A stretch of DNA of 64,000 nt from Verrucomicrobiota bacterium (GTDB lineage: Bacteria > Verrucomicrobiota > Verrucomicrobiia > Limisphaerales > AAA164-E04), in contig CP170459.1 in NCBI GenBank assembly GCA_047947115.1, positions 2,464,001 through 2,528,000 on the forward strand, in the 5' to 3' direction. Below, piece by piece: positions 9,071-19,065 of this stretch. The notes under the pieces are model-generated. The model saw only the letters and a list, made by a program, of their open reading frames with translations, was not told the origin of the DNA and did not search any database. The translations under genes were made by a program, and so were the position numbers. Numbering within the stretch: position 1 is the stretch's first letter; each line of letters starts with the position of its first letter.

Positions 9071-12000
9071 TCATTCCGTGAAAAGGATCTGGCCCCAGTT
9101 CTTCGGTTCCATCTTCAGCTCGAAGACTTCATCGTTCACCAGCCCGGTTGCCTGGTTGTTCCAGTAGGTGCGGAGGAGGGTATCGTCGCCGGCGGGCGTG
9201 CCGTGGGTGGCCCCGAAATCGCCGGAGAGCTTCATCCCTGCGAAAGGCTTCAGGCCAAGCGTGGAGAGGGGCACCCCGATCTCGACCACGCACCACCGAT
9301 CGCCCTTCTTTACCTCGATCTTCGCGTCCTGCAGCTCCACGACGCTGTCCATCACGTAATTGCTGACCACGCCGGAGCTGAAGGTCCTGGGGTTCTTCTG
9401 CTCGGCGATCTTGCGATACAGCACCGCCGTCGGCTTGCCCCGGAAATTTCCGATGGAGAGGCGGAGATCGCCCTTGGCCGCCTCGGCGCGGTTCTCATCG
9501 GCCTCGGGATCGGTGCCGAGCTGGAAATCCACCGTATCGCCCCGGGCGTACATGAATACCGGCGAGTCCGCACCGTTGGTCCACGGCGTCGCATCCGCCA
9601 CGCGCCAGCCGAGGTAAAGAAAGGTTTCGTCCCAGGCAATGGCCGATCGGACTTCGGCATCATCCTGTTTCTTGAAAACGATTTCCTTGCCAAAATCCTT
9701 CGCAAGATCGCCCGTGAAGACCGGCGTCTGCTTCCGGACCTCGCAGCGGCGCAGGCCGGCGCTGCGCTGCACCAGCTCGCTGCGAATCGCCTCGGCGAGC
9801 TTCAGGTCTTTCTCCTCGAGGCGGAGCGTGCCGGAGCCGAGCGGCTTGACGGTTTCGAGACCGACGACTTCGACATTCCAGTTCGCAGTCTTGCCGGCGG
9901 TCACGTAGAGCTTGCCGTCCTTGCCCTGGGTGATGCTGCCGCCGAAATCCTCGCCCCCTTCGCCGGACGGCACGTGATCGAGCACTGCCCCCGGCACTGC
10001 CCTTTCGGGCCATTGCACTTTCGAGAAGTCGCCCTGGAACAGGCGCGTCAGGTAGAACCCGTCGCGCGTGAGCATGTGCCACTCGCCGACGTTCGAGTTG
10101 ATCACCCACGCGCTGCCGACGGGATCGGGCAACGTGACGCTGCCCACGGTGCCGAAGGCCCCGCGGATGAGGCCGGCCTGCGGCCCCGGTGCGTTGTGCG
10201 AGCCGTGCACGCCATGGAACGTGTTCGGATAGCTCCACCGCAGCTTGCCGGAGGCCACGTCGTAGCAGTTGAAGAGCTGCTTCTCGGAGTCGCACGATAG
10301 CACGAGGTCGTTAGCTGGCGACGGCATCGGCCCTTCGAGAGGAGGCAGGAAGTGCAGGTTCGTGGTGTCCCACTTCGGGGCGCCGGAGGGAGTGAAGCCG
10401 GCCAGCCTGATGCGGGCGCCACGGTCCCACCGGTTGGCCTTCGGGTCGAGCACGCCCGCGTAGAGCGTGAGGTCGGTGTTCAGCCCCAACGACCAGTTGA
10501 GGTAGCCATTGAACGACATCAGCATCGGCACCACGGTCTTCTCCCCGTCCTGCTTCTGCTGGTCGCCGTTCTCATCGGACCAGAACACGGTGGTCTTGTC
10601 CTTGTCGTTGCGGCCGAAGGTCGCCCGGAGGGCGTAGGCGCCGTCGCCGAGGCGTTCCCAGACGTGCGTGTCGGTGCCGAGCGTGGCCGCGAGGTAGAGC
10701 TTGCCATTCGTGCCGCGGCAGAAGCGGGCGAAGTTGTGGAACAGGCTGTTCCAGTCCCGGCCCTCTCCGTTCTCAAAGGTGCCGAGGCATTGGGCAAGCC
10801 CGGTGGCGGGATCGAGCCGCCATTCGCAGGCTTCGCCGACCATCAGGTTCGGATCGTCCGGGTTGATCGCTCCGCCGCTGGCACCATAGTGAGTGGAGCC
10901 GAAGAACTCGCGGACGAACGTGCCGGTCTGGTTGTTCCACACGCTGAACCGTTTTGGGAAGAAACCGGCTTCAGCCACCCACAGGTTTCCTTCACGGTCA
11001 ACTGCCAGTCCGTGGATGTTGATCATACCCTCCTTGACCCAGGGCCCGGTGCGAGGCCTGCCGCCCTGCTTCCCGATCGCCAGGGCAGGCTTGCCGTCGG
11101 GCGTAAACACCTTGATCTGCGCGCTCGGCTCGCCTTCGCCCACATAGATTCGACCGCCAGCATCGACCGCAAGGCACTTGGCGTCGATCAGTCGGGTCAG
11201 CACCGGCTTTACCGCGCCGGTTGCGGGGTCCACGGCGGCCACCGAATCGGTGCCGGAAAGGACGTAGAGGAGCGAGTCGCTCACCGCGGCGATGCCGCTG
11301 GGCGCGGGCACGGGGATGGTCTTGAGCACTTTGCCGTTCTCTGCGTCGAGTACGGCGACGAAATCGCTTTTCATAACGGCAACTTCCTGCGGGAAGGAAG
11401 CCTCGATCTTGCGGCGCACCGCGGCCTGCAGCTTCAGCGAAGCCATTTCGGCCCCGCCGTCGACGAGCGTCTTGTCGTTGAGCATGCCGTTGATGGTCCC
11501 GGCAACGGCGTCGCGGACGTCCGGCGTGTAGTAGTTGGGCGCAGCGAGCGCCTTGTCTTCCGGCTCGGTGCCAGCCAGCCAGGCTGCGGCACGCTCGCGG
11601 ACGTTCTTGTCGACCTTCTCCCAGATCGCCTTGCCGATACCGTCGCCCGCGGCGGAGAGCTTGGTGAGGAACGCGCGCCAATTGGTTACATCGCTCCTGC
11701 GGAAATTGTAGGAGCGGAAGGTGAGGTAGAGTTTGCCGTTGCGGGCCGCCATCGCCTCAGCCTTGTCGGGCATGCCGGGCTGGTCCTTCCAGAGATCCTT
11801 CACGAAGAGATCTCTGAATCCGCCATCGTTTGCGTCGTCCCAGTTCTGATAGGAGCCGGTGGCAGTGTCGAGGCGGAAGAGCACCTGCGGGCTGCCGGAG
11901 CTGTTGCCGACATAGACGAGGTCGCCCTCAACTGCCAGCAGTTCGGCGCCGCCGAAGCCGCCGTATTTGTGTTTCCAGCGGACGTTGCCGTCGAGGTCGC

Positions 12001-13201
12001 AGGCGAGCAGGCCGCGGCCGGCCTCGGCGGCTCCCCAGCCAAGGTAAACGGAATCGCCTTGTGCGGCACTGGTCCAGGGCACGCCGAGGTCGCCGCCCCA
12101 GTTCGAGGTGGGGCCGCTGTGCCAGGGTGCGTTGCCGCTGTTGCCCGCCCAGCCTCGCAGGCGCAGGCCGATGCCCGTGTGCCAGATGGCCTGCCAGGTG
12201 TAGTCGCCGGCGGGCAGCACCGCGCCGGGCGTGCGCCAGATCGGCGTGGCCAGGCCGTCCCACGTCACCGTGTGCTCGCCCTTGGCCATCGGCTCGGCAT
12301 TGAGGAGATTCCGCACCACGACGCCGTCGGCGTTGCGGAGGAGCATCGATACGTAGCCGTCCTCGGGCATGGTGAACTTGATCGGCTTGAAGCCCTTCGG
12401 CCCCTCGCTGAGGGCTGACCAGTCAACCACCGGCTGACCTTGCTGCAGCGACACCGGCAACTTGCGGCCGTCGGCCAGGTGCAGCATCCGGGGCTTCATC
12501 TTCCCGGAGCGCTCGAAGGTCGCCGGGCCGAACTGGTCGAGCTTGCGCGTGCCCCAATAGGTACGTTCCGGCACCACTCCGGGCATGAAACAGTCCCATG
12601 CATGCAGACTCCAGCCAAACGGGAGGACGAACATCACTCTAATCTCGCTGCCGGGTCCGAGGGTGACACCTTCGCTTGTAATCATCTTCAGGGGAATCCG
12701 GATCTCCTGCGTATAGCCTTTGCCGTCCGGGTTGTTGAGAAACACCTGCTCCGCGCCCATCTGCTTCGGGTCACGCGCGCTCTGAAGAGGTGGCTCGAAA
12801 TTGAGCGTGATCGATTCCTTCCCGTCCAGGTCGCGCCCGCAGGTCAGGTTGGGCTGAAGCTGCTGCGGTGTGCCGGGCGCCGTGAGCATGTGCATCCGCA
12901 GCGTGCTGCCGGCGGGGCGTCGGTCGTTATGACGGAAGCTGCCTGTGACGCGCGCAAGCACGTAGAGATTATCCTGGTCGTACATCGCATGAAGCCACGC
13001 GCTGTGGCGGTCACGCTGCTCCTCCACGTTCTCGCAGGCGAAGATGCCACCGGTGAGGTCCCAGTCGTCGAATCTGCCGTCGATGACGACCTTGCCCGGC
13101 GCCGGCAACACGGAAATGCCGTAGTTCTCGGTTTGCGTGCCCGCAAATGCGGGCATCGCAAGCAGGCCGCAGACGGTGAGGAGGTTGAAAATAGTTTTCA
13201 T
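9071..13201 (-). CDS. Large secreted protein: CBM9/DOMON-like, FlgD-Ig-like, NHL/beta-propeller, CBM9-like (paralog 1)
   Basis: IDGRFDDW, MPEDGYVSMLLRNADGVVVRNLL...WDG, NHL-type LAVDREGNLWVAE; clear paralog of 23136-27266. Confidence 0.8.
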   Translation of the reverse strand: MKTIFNLLTVCGLLAMPAFAGTQTENYGISVLPAPGKVVIDGRFDDWDLTGGIFACENVEEQRDRHSAWLHAMYDQDNLYVLARVTGSFRHNDRRPAGSTLRMHMLTAPGTPQQLQPNLTCGRDLDGKESITLNFEPPLQSARDPKQMGAEQVFLNNPDGKGYTQEIRIPLKMITSEGVTLGPGSEIRVMFVLPFGWSLHAWDCFMPGVVPERTYWGTRKLDQFGPATFERSGKMKPRMLHLADGRKLPVSLQQGQPVVDWSALSEGPKGFKPIKFTMPEDGYVSMLLRNADGVVVRNLLNAEPMAKGEHTVTWDGLATPIWRTPGAVLPAGDYTWQAIWHTGIGLRLRGWAGNSGNAPWHSGPTSNWGGDLGVPWTSAAQGDSVYLGWGAAEAGRGLLACDLDGNVRWKHKYGGFGGAELLAVEGDLVYVGNSSGSPQVLFRLDTATGSYQNWDDANDGGFRDLFVKDLWKDQPGMPDKAEAMAARNGKLYLTFRSYNFRRSDVTNWRAFLTKLSAAGDGIGKAIWEKVDKNVRERAAAWLAGTEPEDKALAAPNYYTPDVRDAVAGTINGMLNDKTLVDGGAEMASLKLQAAVRRKIEASFPQEVAVMKSDFVAVLDAENGKVLKTIPVPAPSGIAAVSDSLLYVLSGTDSVAAVDPATGAVKPVLTRLIDAKCLAVDAGGRIYVGEGEPSAQIKVFTPDGKPALAIGKQGGRPRTGPWVKEGMINIHGLAVDREGNLWVAEAGFFPKRFSVWNNQTGTFVREFFGSTHYGASGGAINPDDPNLMVGEACEWRLDPATGLAQCLGTFENGEGRDWNSLFHNFARFCRGTNGKLYLAATLGTDTHVWERLGDGAYALRATFGRNDKDKTTVFWSDENGDQQKQDGEKTVVPMLMSFNGYLNWSLGLNTDLTLYAGVLDPKANRWDRGARIRLAGFTPSGAPKWDTTNLHFLPPLEGPMPSPANDLVLSCDSEKQLFNCYDVASGKLRWSYPNTFHGVHGSHNAPGPQAGLIRGAFGTVGSVTLPDPVGSAWVINSNVGEWHMLTRDGFYLTRLFQGDFSKVQWPERAVPGAVLDHVPSGEGGEDFGGSITQGKDGKLYVTAGKTANWNVEVVGLETVKPLGSGTLRLEEKDLKLAEAIRSELVQRSAGLRRCEVRKQTPVFTGDLAKDFGKEIVFKKQDDAEVRSAIAWDETFLYLGWRVADATPWTNGADSPVFMYARGDTVDFQLGTDPEADENRAEAAKGDLRLSIGNFRGKPTAVLYRKIAEQKNPRTFSSGVVSNYVMDSVVELQDAKIEVKKGDRWCVVEIGVPLSTLGLKPFAGMKLSGDFGATHGTPAGDDTLLRTYWNNQATGLVNDEVFELKMEPKNWGQILFTE

Positions 13202-13224
13202 AGAAGGTCTCACTGAGTTATGAA

Positions 13225-15180
13225 TTATTGAGGCTTCACCGAGGATCCAAAATCGGGTGTGCTCTCAAGCAAGGCTTCGGTTAGTTGATAGCAGACCACG
13301 GTATCCAACCCGCGAATGTAGAGCCTGCCGTTGGCAAGGGTTGGCTGTTGGGTGTGATGGATTTCCAACCCGTGGCGCACCCGGCCGAGTTCCTTGTAGC
13401 CCGCCTTGTTCGCTTCCGCCATCACAAGCTCACCGGCTTTGGTCAGGCCGAAGATCAACCCGTCGGCGATGATGAGTTGCTGTTTTGTGTCCCAGTCCCG
13501 GCGCTCGAATTGCTCCCACATCAGTTCGCCGGTCGCGAGGTCGGCGCATTGCAGCCGAAACGAACCAAATCCATAAACGGCACCGTCATGAATGGCCGGC
13601 GTATTGAACCAATTCACCTGGACCCTGGAACTCTGATACAAGATGTCTGCCAAATACTGTCCCTCACGCTTCTTGAGCTCAATACACATGGAGAATCTGT
13701 TTTCTCCGCTGCACAGAAACACCCGATTGGATACCGCCACCGCCGAAGCCATCAACCCGTGGCCCATCACGCGGGGGATCGTCCACAGTATGGAACCGTC
13801 CTTTACGCTGACGCCTATGATCTCTTCGTTGCCCAGACCGTAAATCAACTGCCCCTCACCGTCGAGTTCAAGATAGGTCGGCGACGCGCCGGCATACGGC
13901 GCACCGCCATGCTTGGGCTGCCGTTCTTTTCCGGTCCACAGGACTTTTCCGGAAACCTTATCCAACGCCATCAGAATGTCCTTCTCGATTTGCGGCAGGA
14001 CAAAAAGGGTTCCGCCGATCACGAGCGGCGTCGAAAATCCGTTCACAAAGGGGATGTCTCCACCACTGCGCCACAGTTCCTTGCCATCGCTTACCCGAAG
14101 ACAGACCAACGGGCAGATCTCATTGGGGCCTTTTTGATCAGGCTTACCTCCCTCCCTACTGACTCGCTGATAGGGGATGTAGTACACGCGGTCTTCATCA
14201 ACCAGCGGCGAGGCGACGGTTCCCCACCAGTGAGCCGGCAGCATGTATTCGGGCGCGAGTTCCGTCTTCCAGATGATTCTCCCGGTTTTCGCGTCCACGC
14301 AGTACGCCCACTGTTTGCCGTCGAGTTGCCCCGTTGCAAATGCCCGGCCGCCTGATTCCACGGTCACGCCGATGGAGGGTCCGGTTTTCAGCCGCCAAAG
14401 ATCTTTGGGGCCGTCTTTAGGCCAGGTTCGCAGTAACCCAGCCGCGTTGAACACCGTATTCCCGTCAACGGGAATGAACCGATTCAGATCGGTATTGCGC
14501 GCCTCGATCGTTCTCGTAAAAGTTACCTTCAAGGGCGGAAGGGCATCCCACGCCTGCTCGGCCGTCAGCGTGTCGGTCGAAATGGTTATCTCCTGACCCT
14601 GCTCACAGGATTTCGTTCCTTCTTTTCCGTCCAGGACATACGAAACGAGCATGATTTTCCCCGCCCCGCTGCTTGGATCCCCCGCCCCGTGGTCCGAAGC
14701 CACAATTGTCATTTTGTTGTTGGCGATCGCTGCATTGCACGGTTCGGTTACGTCCACCCATCCCTCTCGTTTACCGTATATGGCGAACTTGATCCCCAAT
14801 CCCGTGGCCGGCAATGGCTTGCTCGCGCCTAGAACCGCAACTCCTTTCACCCAATCCGCGCCCGGGGTAGCAACCCCCAATTCATCACCGGCAATCGCCG
14901 ACAGCTCGATCGTTTGCTGCGTGCCGTCCAGAACATATTCCACCACAATTTTATCATTCCCGGCATCCACGCCCAAAAACGCGCTGGTCGCGACAATCAC
15001 CAACCGGTTATCCTTGACCCTGGCCGCCAGCACCTTGGTGACATCCACTTTCCCGGCCAGAGCCTTGGTAATCGTCAAGCCCGCGGTCGGAATGGCAGCC
15101 CGCTCCTCCGCCATGGCCGTCGATGCCACGAGACATATCACGGCCATCGTTGAGAGAATTCCTCGTGTTGCGTTAGTCAT
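13225..15180 (-). CDS. Secreted PQQ-binding-like beta-propeller protein with two N-terminal lectin-like (DUF3395-like) repeats
   Basis: WPKDGPKDLWR, DAKTGRIIWK, PTLANGRLYIR; duplicated VDVT...YVLDG units. Confidence 0.8.
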   Translation of the reverse strand: MTNATRGILSTMAVICLVASTAMAEERAAIPTAGLTITKALAGKVDVTKVLAARVKDNRLVIVATSAFLGVDAGNDKIVVEYVLDGTQQTIELSAIAGDELGVATPGADWVKGVAVLGASKPLPATGLGIKFAIYGKREGWVDVTEPCNAAIANNKMTIVASDHGAGDPSSGAGKIMLVSYVLDGKEGTKSCEQGQEITISTDTLTAEQAWDALPPLKVTFTRTIEARNTDLNRFIPVDGNTVFNAAGLLRTWPKDGPKDLWRLKTGPSIGVTVESGGRAFATGQLDGKQWAYCVDAKTGRIIWKTELAPEYMLPAHWWGTVASPLVDEDRVYYIPYQRVSREGGKPDQKGPNEICPLVCLRVSDGKELWRSGGDIPFVNGFSTPLVIGGTLFVLPQIEKDILMALDKVSGKVLWTGKERQPKHGGAPYAGASPTYLELDGEGQLIYGLGNEEIIGVSVKDGSILWTIPRVMGHGLMASAVAVSNRVFLCSGENRFSMCIELKKREGQYLADILYQSSRVQVNWFNTPAIHDGAVYGFGSFRLQCADLATGELMWEQFERRDWDTKQQLIIADGLIFGLTKAGELVMAEANKAGYKELGRVRHGLEIHHTQQPTLANGRLYIRGLDTVVCYQLTEALLESTPDFGSSVKPQ

Positions 15181-15190
15181 TGTCTGTTTT

Positions 15191-15218
15191 GGTTCGTGGT
15201 TCTGGGTTCTTGGTTCTG
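15191..15218. repeat. Degenerate heptamer tandem repeat GGTTC(G/T)(T/G) x4
   Basis: ggttcgt ggttctg ggttctt ggttctg fills the intergenic spacer. Confidence 0.8.
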
Positions 15219-15221
15219 GGC

Positions 15222-16421
15222 TCAATAGTCCGCCACCGAACCATCCGGATTCTTCTGGCCGGGCCATTTGAACTTCGTCGGATCAATCTTCGCGAGCGCC
15301 GCTTCATCGACCTCGACGCCCAGCCCCGGTCCCTGTGGCAGCGAGGAGTCGCCATTCTTGTCCACCTCCCAACTTTTCTTGAGTGTGCCGCCGCAGTCAT
15401 TGGAGTAGTATTCGTGAATGAGAAACAGCGGGATGGACGCCGCGACATGAAAGCTCGCCGCAATGCCTATGAACGACGCAATCGAATGAGGAGCGAGCGG
15501 CACCGTGTAAGTCTCCGCCAGCACTGCCACCTTCTTCATCTGCGTGATGCCGCCGCCATGCGCGCAATCGTGCTGGATGATGTCGATACAGCGCTCCTGC
15601 AAATACGGGATCACCTCCCAGATCGTCCGGTCACGCTCGCCCGAAGCCAGCGGCACATTGACGGACTGCTTGATGCGCTTGAACACTTCGATGTTTCCCG
15701 GCACCGCCGGTTCCTCGATCCACAACACGTCGTAAGGCTCGATGGCATTGGCGAACTGGATCAACATCGGCGGCGGCAGACAACAATGCGCGTCAAACAT
15801 CACCGTGCCGTCCTTGCCCACCCGTTCCCGCGCTTCCTTGACCGCCTTCACCAGCGGCTCGATGTCGGCGGGATTGCCGGACGCAGGACGCGGTCCACCG
15901 GCGGGGACCTTGTAAGCCTTGGGCGTGGGATAAACGCGGATTCTGTCGCGTGTCGGGCCACCCATCAGTCGATAAACCGGCACGCCATGCAGTTTGCCGG
16001 TGATGTCCCACAGCGCCATGTCGATGCCCGCAATCGTGTGCAGCATGAAGGCGCCGCCACGATAATCCCGGTGCGCGCGATACAATTTCTGCCAGAGATG
16101 CTCGATGCGCGTTGGGTTCTCGCCGTCGAGCAGTTCAAACATTGACTGCATGAGCGGCCCCGCGACCGTCGGCGGCAATTGCGAAATCTCGCCCCAACCG
16201 AAGATCTGTTGGTTGGTTTCGATTTTCAAAAGCGTCTTGCTGCCGACAGGGTAGGTCTTGAAGCCGGTGATCTTGATCGACGACGCACGGTCGCCAACAT
16301 CAGCCGCAGGGTTGTCGGCCGCTGACACTTCGTTCAGCAGCAGCATACCGGCCGCAGTCGCACCGGCCGATGCGAGCAGATCGCGGCGGCTGATGCCCTG
16401 GCGTTTGGGTTGTGAGGTCAT
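15222..16421 (-). CDS. Tat-exported mandelate racemase/galactonate dehydratase-like enolase-superfamily enzyme
   Basis: SRRDLL Tat motif; GIDMALWDI, FDAH, WIEEP, ASGE, LAPH. Confidence 0.9.
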   Translation of the reverse strand: MTSQPKRQGISRRDLLASAGATAAGMLLLNEVSAADNPAADVGDRASSIKITGFKTYPVGSKTLLKIETNQQIFGWGEISQLPPTVAGPLMQSMFELLDGENPTRIEHLWQKLYRAHRDYRGGAFMLHTIAGIDMALWDITGKLHGVPVYRLMGGPTRDRIRVYPTPKAYKVPAGGPRPASGNPADIEPLVKAVKEARERVGKDGTVMFDAHCCLPPPMLIQFANAIEPYDVLWIEEPAVPGNIEVFKRIKQSVNVPLASGERDRTIWEVIPYLQERCIDIIQHDCAHGGGITQMKKVAVLAETYTVPLAPHSIASFIGIAASFHVAASIPLFLIHEYYSNDCGGTLKKSWEVDKNGDSSLPQGPGLGVEVDEAALAKIDPTKFKWPGQKNPDGSVADY

Positions 16422-16456
16422 GTTCTTAGTTCTTAGTTCTTAGTTCTTAGTTCTTG
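16422..16456. repeat. Heptamer tandem repeat (GTTCTTA)4 GTTCTTG abutting the start codon
   Basis: Read directly; on the coding strand CAAGAAC(TAAGAAC)4-ATG. Confidence 0.9.
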
Positions 16457-16502
16457 GTCAGATGGAGAGTTTTTTGAGTTGGGTCTGGCGGGCGCGGCGC
16501 GA

Positions 16503-17603
16503 TCAGGGTCGGCCAACGGTGAGGAGGTCGGAAATCTCTGCGTCCCACGAGAGGCTTACTGCTTTTTCCAAATTGCCGTCGGTGGTGATTCGGTAGCCCG
16601 TGAGGGTCGCCCCATTGTAGGCGGAAACGAGGAGATACTTGCCGTCTGGAGACAGCGCCAGCCCCCACGGAATTTTGTCCGCCGGTGTCAGCCCGAGCAA
16701 CTCGGCCTGGCCGTCGTCTTTCACCCGGTAGCGGGCGATTCGATCAAAGTCCTGACTGTGTCCGCGCAATCCGGCGAAGATGAACTTACCGTCCGGTGTG
16801 ATCTCCAGGTCGGACGCACTGAGGCCCTCCTTCGACATTCCCTCCGGCAGGATCGGAATGTCCTGCTTCAGAACAAGCTGACCGTCGGACCGCCGCTCGT
16901 AGGTGGAGAGGCCGATGCCTTGCTCGTTGGAGAAATAGACCATCGGCAACCTGGGGTGATAGACGAGGTGGCGCGGGCCAGTGCCGACCGGGGGATTCGC
17001 ATTGACCGGAGTGAGCGGCGTGATCATCCCCGAGGTCGCATCGAAGCGGTATTGGAAAAGAGCCAGATTGCCCTTCACATAGGGGATGTAGAGATGCTGG
17101 TTGTCGGGCGAAATGAGGACGCAGTGGGCTTCCTTCTTGCCCTCATCAATCGTCGCCACGGCTTTACCGGGCAGGCCGTCTTCTCCGAGGCGGTAGGCAT
17201 TGAGCCGCCCGTTTCCATAGCTGACACCGAAAAGAAACGCACCGCTGCGATCGAGACTGAGGTAGGCGGCATCGTCATTCAGGTCCACGCGCTGATGGCT
17301 CGCATAGGTGCCGTTTTTCGCCAACGTCACCACCGCACCGGGCACCTTACCCCGTTCTCCGCCGCCGCCCGCGATGTAGAGCAGCGGTTTCTTCGGGTGC
17401 GCGGCGATGACTCGACCGTTGAATCCCAGCTCCCGCTTTTCGGCCAGTTTGAGTTCCAATCCACCGTCCTCCCTGGGAAGGGCGTCAACGATCCAAAGGG
17501 TTTGCGTCTTGCTGGCAGGCGCATAGACGCGAAAGGCTTCAGCGGCGAGGCTCGTGGCAGACATGCCGATGCCAAGCAGGGCGGTAATGAAATGGAGTTT
17601 CAT
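16503..17603 (-). CDS. Secreted lactonase family beta-propeller (6-phosphogluconolactonase-like)
   Basis: AHCVLISPDN, GTGPRHLVYHP, ITPDGKF; signal peptide MKLHFITALLG. Confidence 0.9.
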   Translation of the reverse strand: MKLHFITALLGIGMSATSLAAEAFRVYAPASKTQTLWIVDALPREDGGLELKLAEKRELGFNGRVIAAHPKKPLLYIAGGGGERGKVPGAVVTLAKNGTYASHQRVDLNDDAAYLSLDRSGAFLFGVSYGNGRLNAYRLGEDGLPGKAVATIDEGKKEAHCVLISPDNQHLYIPYVKGNLALFQYRFDATSGMITPLTPVNANPPVGTGPRHLVYHPRLPMVYFSNEQGIGLSTYERRSDGQLVLKQDIPILPEGMSKEGLSASDLEITPDGKFIFAGLRGHSQDFDRIARYRVKDDGQAELLGLTPADKIPWGLALSPDGKYLLVSAYNGATLTGYRITTDGNLEKAVSLSWDAEISDLLTVGRP

Positions 17604-17638
17604 GTTCTTGGTTCTTTGGATTGCGTGTGCGCTTGGCC

Positions 17639-17756
17639 AAGCGCCTCCACTTCTTCGCGGTCTGCGAACTGCACATCGGCCCCTGTCGCGAATACAAGCA
17701 GTTGCCGCGCGAGGAAAAGACAGCAGGACGATGAGAAGCCTGAGGCTGGGTTTCAT
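17639..17756 (-). pseudogene. Collapsed remnant of a second DUF1592-type gene (signal peptide joined to a DUF1585/PSD2-like fragment)
   Basis: MKPSLRLLIVLLSF, then in a shifted frame LARQLLVFATGADVQFADREEVEAL, which aligns with FIEKLAIYGLRRSMSFDDRDDLKAI of the 20452-22881 protein. Confidence 0.55.
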
Positions 17757-17777
17757 GGCGGTGGATAAATGTGGGTA

Positions 17778-19010
17778 TTACTCGCGCCCGTGGAACCGCT
17801 CTTCCAGCGGCAGCGCGATGACTTTCCACGTGGCAGGATAAAAGCGGATGATGCGGCGCGGGCGATAACCTTCCAGCATCATGCCGCATTTCACCTGGAT
17901 CTGCACACCACTGCTGCCGGGCTCAATGGGCACGTTTTTGATGTCGAGAATGTTGCCGCCTTTCCGATCATTTACGGGATCGTAGGTCATGAGGCTTTCG
18001 CGTGCGACGGCGATGCCGCCCTTCGGCGCTTTCGGATCATCTTCAGGAAAGGAAAACGGCCAGCCCTGCCGCTCTTCGTTGATGCCTTTCAACTCGTCGA
18101 ACAGCTTCGGATCAACCCCGCCGAAGAACGTGATGGTGACGATTTGCTTCGCGTCGTCCACGGCGTTGATCCAGCCGGGCAAACCGCGCTCGCGGATGTG
18201 GTTGCGATGGCGTTCGAGTTGGTTCGCGGTAGCGAGGGCGCGGGCCGGTTGATCAAGCCAGACGTCGGTGATGCGCCCCGGACCGTAGAGTGTCGCCCAG
18301 GTGAGATTGAAGAGCACGGACTGTCCCGGCTGGATCGCTTTGAGATCCGCAATCGTGTTGGCCTCTAACACACGCGTGCTGGTGAGCAGATCGAAGAGTT
18401 TCGGCGGGCCGCTGGGCTGGCCGTTATCCTGCAGTGTGGCCGTGAGCTTCTTCGCATCGAGGTCCGCGCTGTCGATCTTCCAGAGCTGCTTCTGCCCTCC
18501 ATAGAACGAGAAATCGTCCTCGATGCGGAAGCAGCGGCGAAATTCCCAGTCAGGTGTCTTGCGGCCGTTAGCGTTGTAGGGCAGTGGAGTCTTGTCGTCG
18601 GGATCGCTCTGGTAAAACAAGCCGTGCAGATGCGTGCCGAGCGGGATGTCCTGCAACGCCGCCGGTGCCCCCTGATACCAGATGGAGCCATACGGCAGCA
18701 TGGTCGCATCCAGCGGCAAGTCCACAATGCCGGCATCCTGGCTGTCATTGCGGTCCACCCGCATCTGGAATCGACGTTCCAGGTGATCGACATCGATGAG
18801 TTCACCCGAGACGGCGTGCGCGGAGCCCTCCGGCGGGAACTGCCCTTCGACGAGCTGAAACCACTCCGGCTTGTCGCCGGGCTTTCGGTCTTTGGGGTTC
18901 GTGCGTTTCTCGCCCGACTGCACCGGGCCATCGGCATCGGTGCGGAACTTGGGTTTGTCCTCGGCATGGAGGAGCGACGCCGCGAGGCATAGGGCGACGA
19001 GAAGGCGCAT
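17778..19010 (-). CDS. Secreted hypothetical protein
   Basis: Signal peptide MRLLVALCLAASLLHA; long ORF following DUF1552. Confidence 0.75.
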   Translation of the reverse strand: MRLLVALCLAASLLHAEDKPKFRTDADGPVQSGEKRTNPKDRKPGDKPEWFQLVEGQFPPEGSAHAVSGELIDVDHLERRFQMRVDRNDSQDAGIVDLPLDATMLPYGSIWYQGAPAALQDIPLGTHLHGLFYQSDPDDKTPLPYNANGRKTPDWEFRRCFRIEDDFSFYGGQKQLWKIDSADLDAKKLTATLQDNGQPSGPPKLFDLLTSTRVLEANTIADLKAIQPGQSVLFNLTWATLYGPGRITDVWLDQPARALATANQLERHRNHIRERGLPGWINAVDDAKQIVTITFFGGVDPKLFDELKGINEERQGWPFSFPEDDPKAPKGGIAVARESLMTYDPVNDRKGGNILDIKNVPIEPGSSGVQIQVKCGMMLEGYRPRRIIRFYPATWKVIALPLEERFHGRE

Positions 19011-19065
19011 GGAAAATTCAGCCATCATCTTTCTGATTTCAGTTTTTTAATTCACCTTGCGTGGA

